IMG/VR virus record: IMGVR_UViG_3300030104_004245 | Span: 32,001-96,000 of that record | Origin: a virus | Strand: one strand, 5' to 3' | DNA length: 64,000 nt | Part shown: positions 47,601 to 56,300 of the stretch, piece by piece | How the letters are laid out: each line of letters opens with the position of its first letter | How positions within the stretch are numbered: position 1 is the first letter of the stretch | Translations under genes and position numbers: made by a program | Notes under the pieces: generated by a model | What the model saw: only the letters and a program-made list of their open reading frames with translations | What the model was told of the DNA's origin: nothing | Database searches by the model: none

Positions 47601-48235
47601 TTAGTAAAAAGAGATTCCTCTTTAAAAAAATTAATTTTTTTAAGGGTGCTGTCTGCTGTATTTGTTCTGTGAATACCAAATATTTCCATTTCAGATGTTG
47701 GTGTGGCCGTACCAGTAGTAACTGTTAATCTTTTCTTTACAACAAAAGTTGTCATTCCTCTTGCAGTACCTCCTGTTAAAGTTGACCATTTAACACCATC
47801 TTGAACTCCTCCAAATCCTGCAGCAGCAGAAGAAACCAAAGCTTCATAACGCTTAGTAGCCCAAGTTGATTCTCCATAAAATGTTGCTCCTTTAGGATCG
47901 TGTCTTGCTTGAAATGTATCAGAATATCTGGGAGTATCTGTTGTGTTTGGATCACTATTTAAATAAGTTCTTGCAAAATTTCCAAGTCTTTTTGTTGATG
48001 TAGATTTGTTATCTACCCTTCTAAAAGCTTTATCTGCACCTGTAATAGCACCTGTTCCATCCGCATATTGCCACAAAGTACTTTGATCTCCAAAGTCATA
48101 CCACAATACAAGTTCTTCTGGATCTACAATTGTACTTGGACCAAATAATTCTGCACTACCTTTTCTTTTTGCATATTGATTAGTAGTATGACCTGACTTT
48201 AAAACCTTTGAACTTCCTGCTGATATATTTGGCAT
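44621..48235 (-). CDS. Large virion/receptor-binding protein with three LamG/ConA-like repeats
   Basis: Three units from W[YW]DF.D..TL to I[YF]EI. Confidence 0.7.
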   Translation of the reverse strand: MPNISAGSSKVLKSGHTTNQYAKRKGSAELFGPSTIVDPEELVLWYDFGDQSTLWQYADGTGAITGADKAFRRVDNKSTSTKRLGNFARTYLNSDPNTTDTPRYSDTFQARHDPKGATFYGESTWATKRYEALVSSAAAGFGGVQDGVKWSTLTGGTARGMTTFVVKKRLTVTTGTATPTSEMEIFGIHRTNTADSTLKKINFFKEESLFTNNNTKTADPDQDNILSVRDAHLGANSELVNDKKYDLGNAIMVHTIMEGEEDHPATTYEGGFKTHYLKLYSQSKEALGNKKSIGTPLNFNYEAGWLNIGSACANNTCSTQDQETNAQEVIYEIIVIDRTLSKGELEQFNLYFQEKYRSNGTWFTASNSVKLRSEQNGCWDVGTGGLNPNSWGNCLMWYDFTDLNTLWKTVDTTCAPGAGQGPETCAGYVDQDDHGSSIAYCFNKAGNSKSPFQRSPHYWRIAPNFDSFPGFSYTGGTASAETKYALGSFVRAQKDAAGYRPTLNTNTTSIPNIYTVCQNCEKELPSVTTSGKGILVTGMFDDYAGTGVASGDINNNILTWGGENYSTGGYNRYTQFTSGSGRHQTSHEFSFAVVVKPDNRIITGAMPSEDWVIFEADVPRWISITNIGKVTLTLYVEKDTGKLVVKFQERDNAGNLGAFTKMSSVGVFTQEDCTNCSWLSAAHYYWIVFDARPGTKATALYVNQKVVCRGTLPQHILNWSTGSTSSGSAYGPQISFGGRITNKDVGSGADITTGVNTFPGRIYEILAFNTGHERRRLSGFTFGQRNWLFNYLANKYRYPFRASGWLSNIDNLVGWWDFNDKSTLFQDVLGSTPVTTSGQLVGRVNNKAPGDANGDKMGSFLRSFGFPALADQDQYKPTYRTLTSGKRAGLGYIDCQDTTQPNMDSNTQNKGLIGGHMNNNGNMTDWGGVATNKFSDLILEQENMTVFIIATAASFDIDGSDSNTLGARTLFRIEGNDMSGNAVCHSWWSAYRHATNSNGIWGPAFDISNHAELGGTNKNHAFRFNHVQTNYLASGNRVIYTSHNNGPEADPSNIRARMPIWVTDTVGNGYVPRSGYTETYAHNQNKMTATSERNSGSFEIKIGLNTLGTGSVVSGEPRVSIGANSSGGNGFTKYGWGTNSANTESRIFEIIVFNKALNEEEEAQVKSYLDFKYPDVIAEYGTMHGWGVDSYDVEDSATGIGFIW

Positions 48236-48237
48236 AA

Positions 48238-50343
48238 TTATGTTACTATTTTTAAACCAACGTCTATATTATTAACAGCTGGTGATTGATTATATTTCCA
48301 CATAATATATTGTACTATATGATTTTGTTGATTAATATGCAATGCATTCATATTAGCGGTTTCAAATATCATAACTTCATATATTCTCCCAGTCCATTGA
48401 TTAGTTGTGACAGGACTTACAGCTTGGTCAGCAGTAACATCAAAGTTAGCAATTTTACCACCTATAGCCATCATAGCTTCACCAGCAGTTGTTGAATTAA
48501 GAGAAATTATACTAACAGGATTTAGAGTACCTGTATCTTTTACAGTTGAATTAAGAGTTACTTCTCCATTCCCAGGTATATACATATAAAGTTTATTATT
48601 ATCAGTTCCTGCAACCATTTCTACCTTCATTACTGTTAAAGCACCTCCCGAGTTTCCTCCTTGATCTAAAGTTAATGTACCCAATCCACAACCATTTTCT
48701 ATAAAGTTAGTCTTATAATGAGCAGGTAATGGTGCACCTCCCCCGGTTAAACTAGGTTCTTTTATAATATTATATTCATTTAAAGTAGTACCACAAAATC
48801 CTTTTCCTTTTGCATTAAACAAATACCGGTCATCTTGATGAACTCCAATATTACTGTAAATAATATACATAGTAAAACGGTTAGTTAAGGCACTACCATT
48901 ATTAAATTGAGTAGCTGAAATACCTCCCCAATCTGCAGCAGAAACTCCTCCTGTTGGATAGCCACCAATAAGTGCTTGTTGAAATCCATTAAATCGTAAA
49001 TAACCTTGACCTGAAGCAACATTACCAGTATTACCTGTAGGACCATACCAAGTTCCTTTGTTATTAGCACTATCATTGATTGTTCTTAAAAAATTACCAT
49101 ATCTCATAGGGTAATCTACACAATTACCACAATTACTAGCAGCTGCTTTATTATATACACGTCCAACTTTACTACCATTTGTTACAGCACCACCTGTCCC
49201 ATCAGCATTTTGTGTCATCCAACTTGGATCAGTAAAGTCATACCAACCAAGCATGTTTCCCCATAAATTGGGACCACCTAGATTAGCTGGATAATCTTGG
49301 TTCTGAGCATATTGGTCTGTAGCACATTTATATTTATCTAATAAATAATTGTGTACATCTTCTAATTCTGCTTTAGATAATATTTTATTATAAATTATAA
49401 CTTCAAAAATACAACCATTAAGTTGTGTATTTGCGGTTTCTGATGTACAAACATTATCAGTGCAATCTGCACCAAATTCCATCCATCCCCCACCATGGTT
49501 TTGAGTTTGAAGTTTTGAAGTAGTTCCACTAACTCCTATAGTTCTATTACCACTTTTATACATGTAGTATTGGTCATTAGGACTACCAGCAACACTTTCA
49601 GATCCTTGTTCTACTGTCCATATTTGAGTAGCAGATTGTAAAGGCATTCTAACAGAACTTGACTCTAATACGGTATTTGAAGCACCATTGCTATGTTTAA
49701 CATCTAACTGTATTTCATCATTACCAGGAGATTGAGCAAAATATCCAATATCAAATTCATCTTCATAATATGTAGCACCGCTTGAATTGTTAGCAACAGC
49801 AACAATCCTCATATCAACAGTGTGACCTTCTTTAGTTGGTCCATCATTAGGTTGAAACACATAAAAAGAAGTTATAGCTCCTGTGTTTGTTGTTTGCCTT
49901 GTCCATATTCCTGGTGACATTCCTCCAAAGCCAGGTGCTGCAGAGGTAATAAGCCCTTTATCTGCACCTACACTCCATCTAACAGAACCATTACCATTAC
50001 AAGTAAAGCTGTTAATCTTGTATAAAGGACCCCCTAATCCATTAGCATCAAATGTTCTTGCAAATTTTCCAAATTTATCTGGTTGATTGGCAGTTTCACC
50101 AAGAGTAAATGCTTTGTTATCTATTCTAGCAACTCTATCATCATGCGTAGTAACAGCAACTGTTCCTGCAGCATCTTTCCATAAAGTACTTGTATCACCA
50201 AAATCATACCACGCTAATAAATATTTTTCGTCCACAATAGTATTAGGATTAACAGCATCAGCTGCACCCTTTCTCTTTGCGTACTGATTAGTGGTAAAGC
50301 CACTTTTGGCTATTTCTGAACTTCCAGCACTTATATTAGGCAT
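48238..50343 (-). CDS. Paralogous protein with two LamG/ConA-like repeats
   Basis: Same N-terminal peptide as neighbour; two WYDF...I[FY]EV units. Confidence 0.7.
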   Translation of the reverse strand: MPNISAGSSEIAKSGFTTNQYAKRKGAADAVNPNTIVDEKYLLAWYDFGDTSTLWKDAAGTVAVTTHDDRVARIDNKAFTLGETANQPDKFGKFARTFDANGLGGPLYKINSFTCNGNGSVRWSVGADKGLITSAAPGFGGMSPGIWTRQTTNTGAITSFYVFQPNDGPTKEGHTVDMRIVAVANNSSGATYYEDEFDIGYFAQSPGNDEIQLDVKHSNGASNTVLESSSVRMPLQSATQIWTVEQGSESVAGSPNDQYYMYKSGNRTIGVSGTTSKLQTQNHGGGWMEFGADCTDNVCTSETANTQLNGCIFEVIIYNKILSKAELEDVHNYLLDKYKCATDQYAQNQDYPANLGGPNLWGNMLGWYDFTDPSWMTQNADGTGGAVTNGSKVGRVYNKAAASNCGNCVDYPMRYGNFLRTINDSANNKGTWYGPTGNTGNVASGQGYLRFNGFQQALIGGYPTGGVSAADWGGISATQFNNGSALTNRFTMYIIYSNIGVHQDDRYLFNAKGKGFCGTTLNEYNIIKEPSLTGGGAPLPAHYKTNFIENGCGLGTLTLDQGGNSGGALTVMKVEMVAGTDNNKLYMYIPGNGEVTLNSTVKDTGTLNPVSIISLNSTTAGEAMMAIGGKIANFDVTADQAVSPVTTNQWTGRIYEVMIFETANMNALHINQQNHIVQYIMWKYNQSPAVNNIDVGLKIVT

Positions 50344-50358
50344 GATAAATTAATTTAT

Positions 50359-50772
50359 TTAAACTATGTCTTCACTTCTATTAGGTCTTCCAATTGTACC
50401 AGATACATGAACTTTACCTGTAGATGTTGCTATTATAACTTTTATGTGTTCTTTTGGAAACATATTACCATGACCCCCTGCATCAAATGTATATGCAACT
50501 CCTGTAGGAATTGTTACTGCTGTTGCTAAAGATCCATTAGGTTTTAATGTTTGAACTGTAACAACATCTGTACCAGCACTTCCTCCTATATTATATATTG
50601 TAACATTGTGCCATGCATTACCTAACACATGGGTTCCTACTGCAGAATACTCTTTAAAATAAGGATATCTATACTGATCATCAGCAGCATTTACTAGAGT
50701 TTTTAGTCTATCTATAATATAATTTATAGCCCAAGGCCAATTTAAATTTTGTGATTGTCCACCTTTTCCCAT
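50359..50772 (-). CDS. Hypothetical beta-rich protein
   Basis: 137 aa; first gene after a promoter-like motif. Confidence 0.7.
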   Translation of the reverse strand: MGKGGQSQNLNWPWAINYIIDRLKTLVNAADDQYRYPYFKEYSAVGTHVLGNAWHNVTIYNIGGSAGTDVVTVQTLKPNGSLATAVTIPTGVAYTFDAGGHGNMFPKEHIKVIIATSTGKVHVSGTIGRPNRSEDIV

Positions 50773-50780
50773 AATTTTTA

Positions 50781-50823
50781 TATCTTTGTAGTTAATACTT
50801 TATAGTATAATATACAAAAAAAA
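50781..50823. promoter_or_regulatory. Overlapping divergent promoters
   Basis: TATCTTTG on plus at 50781-50788; T8-G-TATATTAT on minus at 50807-50823. Confidence 0.5.
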
Positions 50824-50831
50824 TTGTTCAT

Positions 50832-51026
50832 ATGAAAAAACTTCAACAGCTATTAAATCATTTTCATTTACAATTTCTTCCTGAAGAACCTCTTTTAGGT
50901 ATATCAACAGAGACAGGAGGAATAGAACTTGAAACTGATATTTATAGACCTTATTGGCAAATACACTTTGGTTTAATATTTTTTAAACTTTCTTATTCAA
51001 ATATTGATTACAACAGTAGGTTATAA
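50832..51026 (+). CDS. Hypothetical 64 aa protein
   Basis: ORF between a promoter motif and nrdJ. Confidence 0.6.
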   Translation: MKKLQQLLNHFHLQFLPEEPLLGISTETGGIELETDIYRPYWQIHFGLIFFKLSYSNIDYNSRL

Positions 51027-51102
51027 TCTAAACTTTGACTATATTATTATTACCTGTCTATCTCAGGGAAATACATTTATTAACTACTAAATAACAAAAA
51101 AC

Positions 51103-52962
51103 ATGGAACTAAATAACAAGATCCTGAGTGATATCACTGTCCATATGAAATATGCACGGTATAATCCAGAAAAGAAAAGAAGAGAGACCTGGAATGAGTT
51201 GGTCACTAGAAATATGGAAATGCATATTAAATCATATCCAAAGTTAATGAATGAAATCATAGCTGCTTATAGTTATGTAGAAGAAAAAAAAGTATTACCA
51301 TCTATGAGATCAATGCAGTTTGGTGGTAAACCAATTGAGATTAGTCCTAATAGAATATATAACTGCGCATACCTTCCTATAGATCATATAGATGCTTTTA
51401 GTGAAACCATGTTCTTGTTACTTGGTGGAACAGGTGTAGGATACTCTGTACAAAAACATCATGTAGATAAACTCCCATTAATTAATAAACCATATCCAAA
51501 AAGATCAAGACGTTATTTAATTAGTGACTCTATTGAAGGTTGGGCAGATGCTATTAAGATGTTAATGAAGTCTTACTTAAATGGTAAAAGTTCACGTATA
51601 GTATTTGACTATTCAGACATCAGACCTAAAGGTGCTAGACTTGTAACATCAGGTGGTAAAGCTCCTGGACCACAACCATTAAAAGAATGTATACTTAAAA
51701 TAACAGGTATACTAGATAGCAAAGAAGATGGAGATTCATTATCTACATTAGAAACACATGATATTGTTTGTCACATTGCTGATGCTGTGTTAGCTGGTGG
51801 TATTAGACGCGCTGCTCTTATTAGTTTATTTAGTGCTGCTGATGATGAAATGATATCTTGTAAAGCTGGTGCTTGGTGGGAACTAAATCCACAACGTGGT
51901 AGAGCTAACAACTCTGCTGTGCTTATGAGACATAAGATAACTAAGTCTTTCTTTATGGATCTGTGGAAAAGAGTAGAGTTAAGTAAAGCCGGTGAACCTG
52001 GTATATACTTTAACAATGATAAAGACTGGGGAACTAATCCTTGTTGTGAGATTGCTTTACGTCCTTTTCAATTCTGTAACCTTTGTGAAGTTAATGTAAG
52101 TAATATTGAATCTCAAGAAGACTTAGAGTCAAGAGTTAAAGCTGCTGCATTTATAGGAACACTTCAAGCAGGATACACTAACTTCCACTATCTCAGACCA
52201 GTATGGCAAGAGACTACAGAAAAAGATGCATTGATTGGTGTGTCTATGACTGGTATAGGATCTGGTAGAATACTTGGTTATGATATGGAAGCTGCTGCTA
52301 AAGTAGTAAAGAAAGAGAATGCACGTGTTGCTAAATTAATTGGAATTAAAAAGGCTGCTAGATGCACAACAGTAAAACCTGCTGGTACAACATCATTAAC
52401 ACTAGGAACTAGTTCTGGTATTCATGCTTGGCATAATGACTACTATGTAAGAAGAATCCGTGTAGGAAAAAATGAAGCTATATATGGATATCTTGCTAAG
52501 AATCATCCTGACCTAGTAGAAGACTGTGTATTCCGTGGTCATGACACTGCAGTTATAAGTATACCCCAAAAAGCCCCGGAAGGCTCTATCTTAAGAACTG
52601 AATCTGCCTTTCAACTATTAGAAAGAGTAAAGAAGGTAGCAAATGAATGGGTAAAAACTGGACATAGAACTGGGTCTAATACTCATAATGTTTCTGCTAC
52701 AATTAGTTTAAAAGATGAAGACTGGGAGTTAGCTGGTGACTGGATGTGGAAAAACAGAGATCACTACAATGGTTTAGCTGTTCTTCCATATGATGGTGGT
52801 ACATATACACAAGCTCCGTTTGAAGATATTGATAAAAAGAAGTTTAATCAAATGGCTAAGTCACTAATGGACATTGATCTTTCTAAGGTCATTGAAGAAG
52901 ATGATGAAACCAATCTAACTGGAGAGCTGGCATGTGCTGGAGGAGCATGTGAAGTCAAGTAA
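51103..52962 (+). CDS. nrdJ: Class II (adenosylcobalamin-dependent) ribonucleotide reductase
   Basis: YNC, GTGVG, TNPCCEI, CNL, TTVKPAGT, C-terminal CAGGAC; no beta subunit gene nearby. Confidence 0.92.
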   Translation: MELNNKILSDITVHMKYARYNPEKKRRETWNELVTRNMEMHIKSYPKLMNEIIAAYSYVEEKKVLPSMRSMQFGGKPIEISPNRIYNCAYLPIDHIDAFSETMFLLLGGTGVGYSVQKHHVDKLPLINKPYPKRSRRYLISDSIEGWADAIKMLMKSYLNGKSSRIVFDYSDIRPKGARLVTSGGKAPGPQPLKECILKITGILDSKEDGDSLSTLETHDIVCHIADAVLAGGIRRAALISLFSAADDEMISCKAGAWWELNPQRGRANNSAVLMRHKITKSFFMDLWKRVELSKAGEPGIYFNNDKDWGTNPCCEIALRPFQFCNLCEVNVSNIESQEDLESRVKAAAFIGTLQAGYTNFHYLRPVWQETTEKDALIGVSMTGIGSGRILGYDMEAAAKVVKKENARVAKLIGIKKAARCTTVKPAGTTSLTLGTSSGIHAWHNDYYVRRIRVGKNEAIYGYLAKNHPDLVEDCVFRGHDTAVISIPQKAPEGSILRTESAFQLLERVKKVANEWVKTGHRTGSNTHNVSATISLKDEDWELAGDWMWKNRDHYNGLAVLPYDGGTYTQAPFEDIDKKKFNQMAKSLMDIDLSKVIEEDDETNLTGELACAGGACEVK

Positions 52963-53098
52963 GTATTATTATTTTGAAAAAGGAAAGGTAATCTTTACTG
53001 CAGCATACCTTCGTAAAAGAGGGTATTGCTGTGGTAATGGTTGTAGGCATTGCCCTTTTAAACAAATGGAACGCCAGGATCAAGACCCACGCTCTTAA
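52949..53098 (+). CDS. DUF5522-like Cys-rich microprotein (not in ORF track)
   Basis: GTG start overlapping the nrdJ end; YYFEKGKVIFTAAYLRKRGYCCGNGCRHCPF. Confidence 0.75.
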   Translation: MKSSKYYYFEKGKVIFTAAYLRKRGYCCGNGCRHCPFKQMERQDQDPRS

Positions 53099-53315
53099 GA
53101 TCCTCAAAAGTTCCAATGACATAATATGTATTATCTGACATATATAAATCTAAGATGTATGAATATTCTTTATTAAGTTCATCATACTCTTCTTTAGTTA
53201 TTTTAAGAATCTTTTTGTTTACAGGCATATCCCCAATGTAAAAACTGATACTATCAGCAGTATATAAATATAAGGAGTTACATCTATCTTCATATATATA
53301 AGATAGTAAACTCAT
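53058..53315 (-). CDS. Hypothetical protein
   Basis: 85 aa; true start may be the internal MPVNKK. Confidence 0.5.
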   Translation of the reverse strand: MSLLSYIYEDRCNSLYLYTADSISFYIGDMPVNKKILKITKEEYDELNKEYSYILDLYMSDNTYYVIGTFEDLKSVGLDPGVPFV

Positions 53316-53354
53316 GTTAATTAACTGTAAGTTTTATGTTAAGCTTATGTTAAA

Positions 53355-56300
53355 TTATTTTACCCAGAAGTTTCTTACGGTATCATAACTTTTAAATCTT
53401 TCTATTGTATATAGTATTGGTAATGCGTCATACCAATTTTTCTTTACTTTCCATTCACCTTTTCTAGCACCTCTTTGATACACATATGTACTGTTTGTAT
53501 TAAACTTTACAGTATCACCCTTAACCCATGCTATAGTATATGCTGCTGGAGTCATAACTGTTGAACCAACTGCTTCAGTTATTTCAGCTACCCATCTAGA
53601 AGATGCAAAAGGAGACTTAACTAAATTCCAAGCTTCTTTCCAACCAAACACAGGTACAAATTGAACAAATTCTCTTTGTTGTCTGTGTAACTGATACAAT
53701 ATTAAATTTTCTAATCTTTTTCTAGTTTTACTTTTATCATCATCATCTTCCCACACTTTGCTTAATATATCTCTAGTAAGAAGAGATAAACTAATTACAG
53801 CAGCTTCTCCTGCTATTTTCCACATGTTCTTCATTCTAACTTGACCTTCAGGTCCGTTAAAGTAATCTTTCTTTAATGAATTTTTTTCAATATGATTTTT
53901 AATTTGATACATATATTTCATGTAGTTCCATAAACTTATATATCTTCCTTCCATCCATCCTAAGTTTTCATCAAAGTATGATTTTCTAAATCTTGCATCA
54001 TAAGCAGGAACAACCCATTTATGAAACTGTGCTGCTAATTGTCCTAACCAATGAGACTGTATAACCATTCTATCTTCATGAGCATAGTTACCATGAATTT
54101 GTTTATTTGTTTCACGTATATAATTTCTTATCTCATATCTAGTTTGATCATTCCATTCTCTTTCTTCACCAGTTCGGTAGTCAATTACTGAAAATTTATT
54201 TCCATCTAGACTTGCTTCTCCATCCTTAGTGTTCCAATTAAATGCATCTAACATTGACATTGTTTCTCCTGTTTCTTTATCTTTAACCATCCATGAGTCT
54301 AGAATAGCCATACCAACTTTAGTTTGTACATTATACTCCATACCATCTTGAACTGCAAACCCCCATTCAGATGCTCTTCTTAACCAACTTTTTTTATTTG
54401 CTGAATCAGGACCTTGCTCACGTAAATCTGACTTTGCATCCATCATTCTAAATAAATCAACTAATGCTTCATATTTACTTATAGCTTGATGCTTATCATA
54501 TCTTGTTAATCTACCGGCACCTGTTAAATCATTAAATGCTGTTCTTCCACCAAGTCTGTGTAATAAGTCAGGAAGCAATCTTTCATTAAATAGTCTTTCT
54601 GCTTTATAGTAAGATTCTCTTCTAAAATAATGACCCTGTCCTCTACCAAAAGTTTCAACAAAATTATTTAATCTACCAACCATATAGTTATTAATATTAC
54701 CCCAAGTATTCCAACCAACATAAACAAGAGATGATTTAGATATAAGTTCACCAACAAGTTTATCCATATATCCTCTAGTTTGCTGATCGTTATCATAATA
54801 AACCATATGCATCCATTTTTTTACTCTTGCTATCATTCTTGGCTCTCTAGCTGTACCTTGTTTTCTAAATGCATCAACTACCTTTCCACCAATTCTTGTG
54901 TATATATTTCCATCTGGTTCTCTATATTCTCTTCTTGATATTGTATCAATAAACGCTTTCATTGTATGCTCAATCTCATACATTGTATCATAGTTTTGAG
55001 CCATAGTTCCAAACTTTAAAAGACTATCTGCTAGATCAAGACTAATTTCATCTCTTGAAGGAGACATTTGAAGTTTTATTATTTGTTCTTTTATTCTTTT
55101 TCTTTCTTTATTATATTCTGCCTTTTGTTCTTTACTGTTTAAAGTTCTTCCATCTTTTCCTTTTAAATTTCCAGAATTCCATTGTTGTTCTAATTCTTTT
55201 AATCTTTTATTTAATCCTTCTAAGTATTTTTCTTGTCTAGGTGATCCTGTATAATAAATAGGAAGTGAGTCTATAAAGTCTCCATTTTCATTAGTGTATA
55301 CGTGTTTACTACTACTAGTACTATTTATAAACTGATCCCAAGCTTTCTTTGGATTTAATTTTGCAAACAACTTTGCTTTAGCTCCTGTATCAGATTGTGC
55401 AAGCTGTTGAGTAAATGTATCTAAAATTAAAGGAAGTCTTCCTGTCATTTGACTTCTGTCATCTGCAGGAAGCATTTCTAAATACTTATCCCAGTATTGA
55501 ACATAAGTTAAATAAAAAGTTAATTCAGCTTGCTTTAGTTCATTAGACATATCTGGATTAATAATGTCTTCATATCTTTTACTTAATAAACTTTCTCCTG
55601 TAGACTTAACAAAATCATTTGCTTCTCTATAATCATTTTTTACAAACCAATCTGTATCTTTAACAACAGTACCACTTGGATTACCAAACTGATCAGGAAT
55701 CATTCTGTATATAGTCTTTTTACTCATATACTTATTCCTAAAAGATCTATAGTCATCTTCTGTAACACCATCTTTTTTTTCCCATCTTTTATATTTTCCT
55801 GTAACAATAATTTCTTGAACTTGATTTCTAGCATCTATAAAATCTTGTGTGTAATGGTGATACTCTCCTTGTTCTGATACACCTTCATCAGTAATTTCTT
55901 CTGCATTAAAAAATGCACCAAATTCTTTTTTTATTTGTTTTAGTTTTATATTGTATTTTACTTCTTCATCTGTTAGCTCTCTGCCATCTTCATAAAGTTT
56001 ATATTCCATTAAGTTACCTTCAGCATCAAACATTTTTTGCCTTAAACTTTCTTGTAGTTCCTCATACTCTTCTCCAATTTTTTGAACGTATTGATTTTTA
56101 AATTTACCATCTTTATCAAATCTTAACATATATGAATACATTGATTTAGCATCTGTAGGTAATCCTAATCTTTTACGCACTCTTAATAAATTTCCTGCAG
56201 CTCCGCCTATATCTTGAGAATCAATATTTATCCTATCTAAAAGCTCTTGCTTTTTAGCTTTCTGCATCTTCTCCATTATCTGAACTAAAGTATCATCTGT

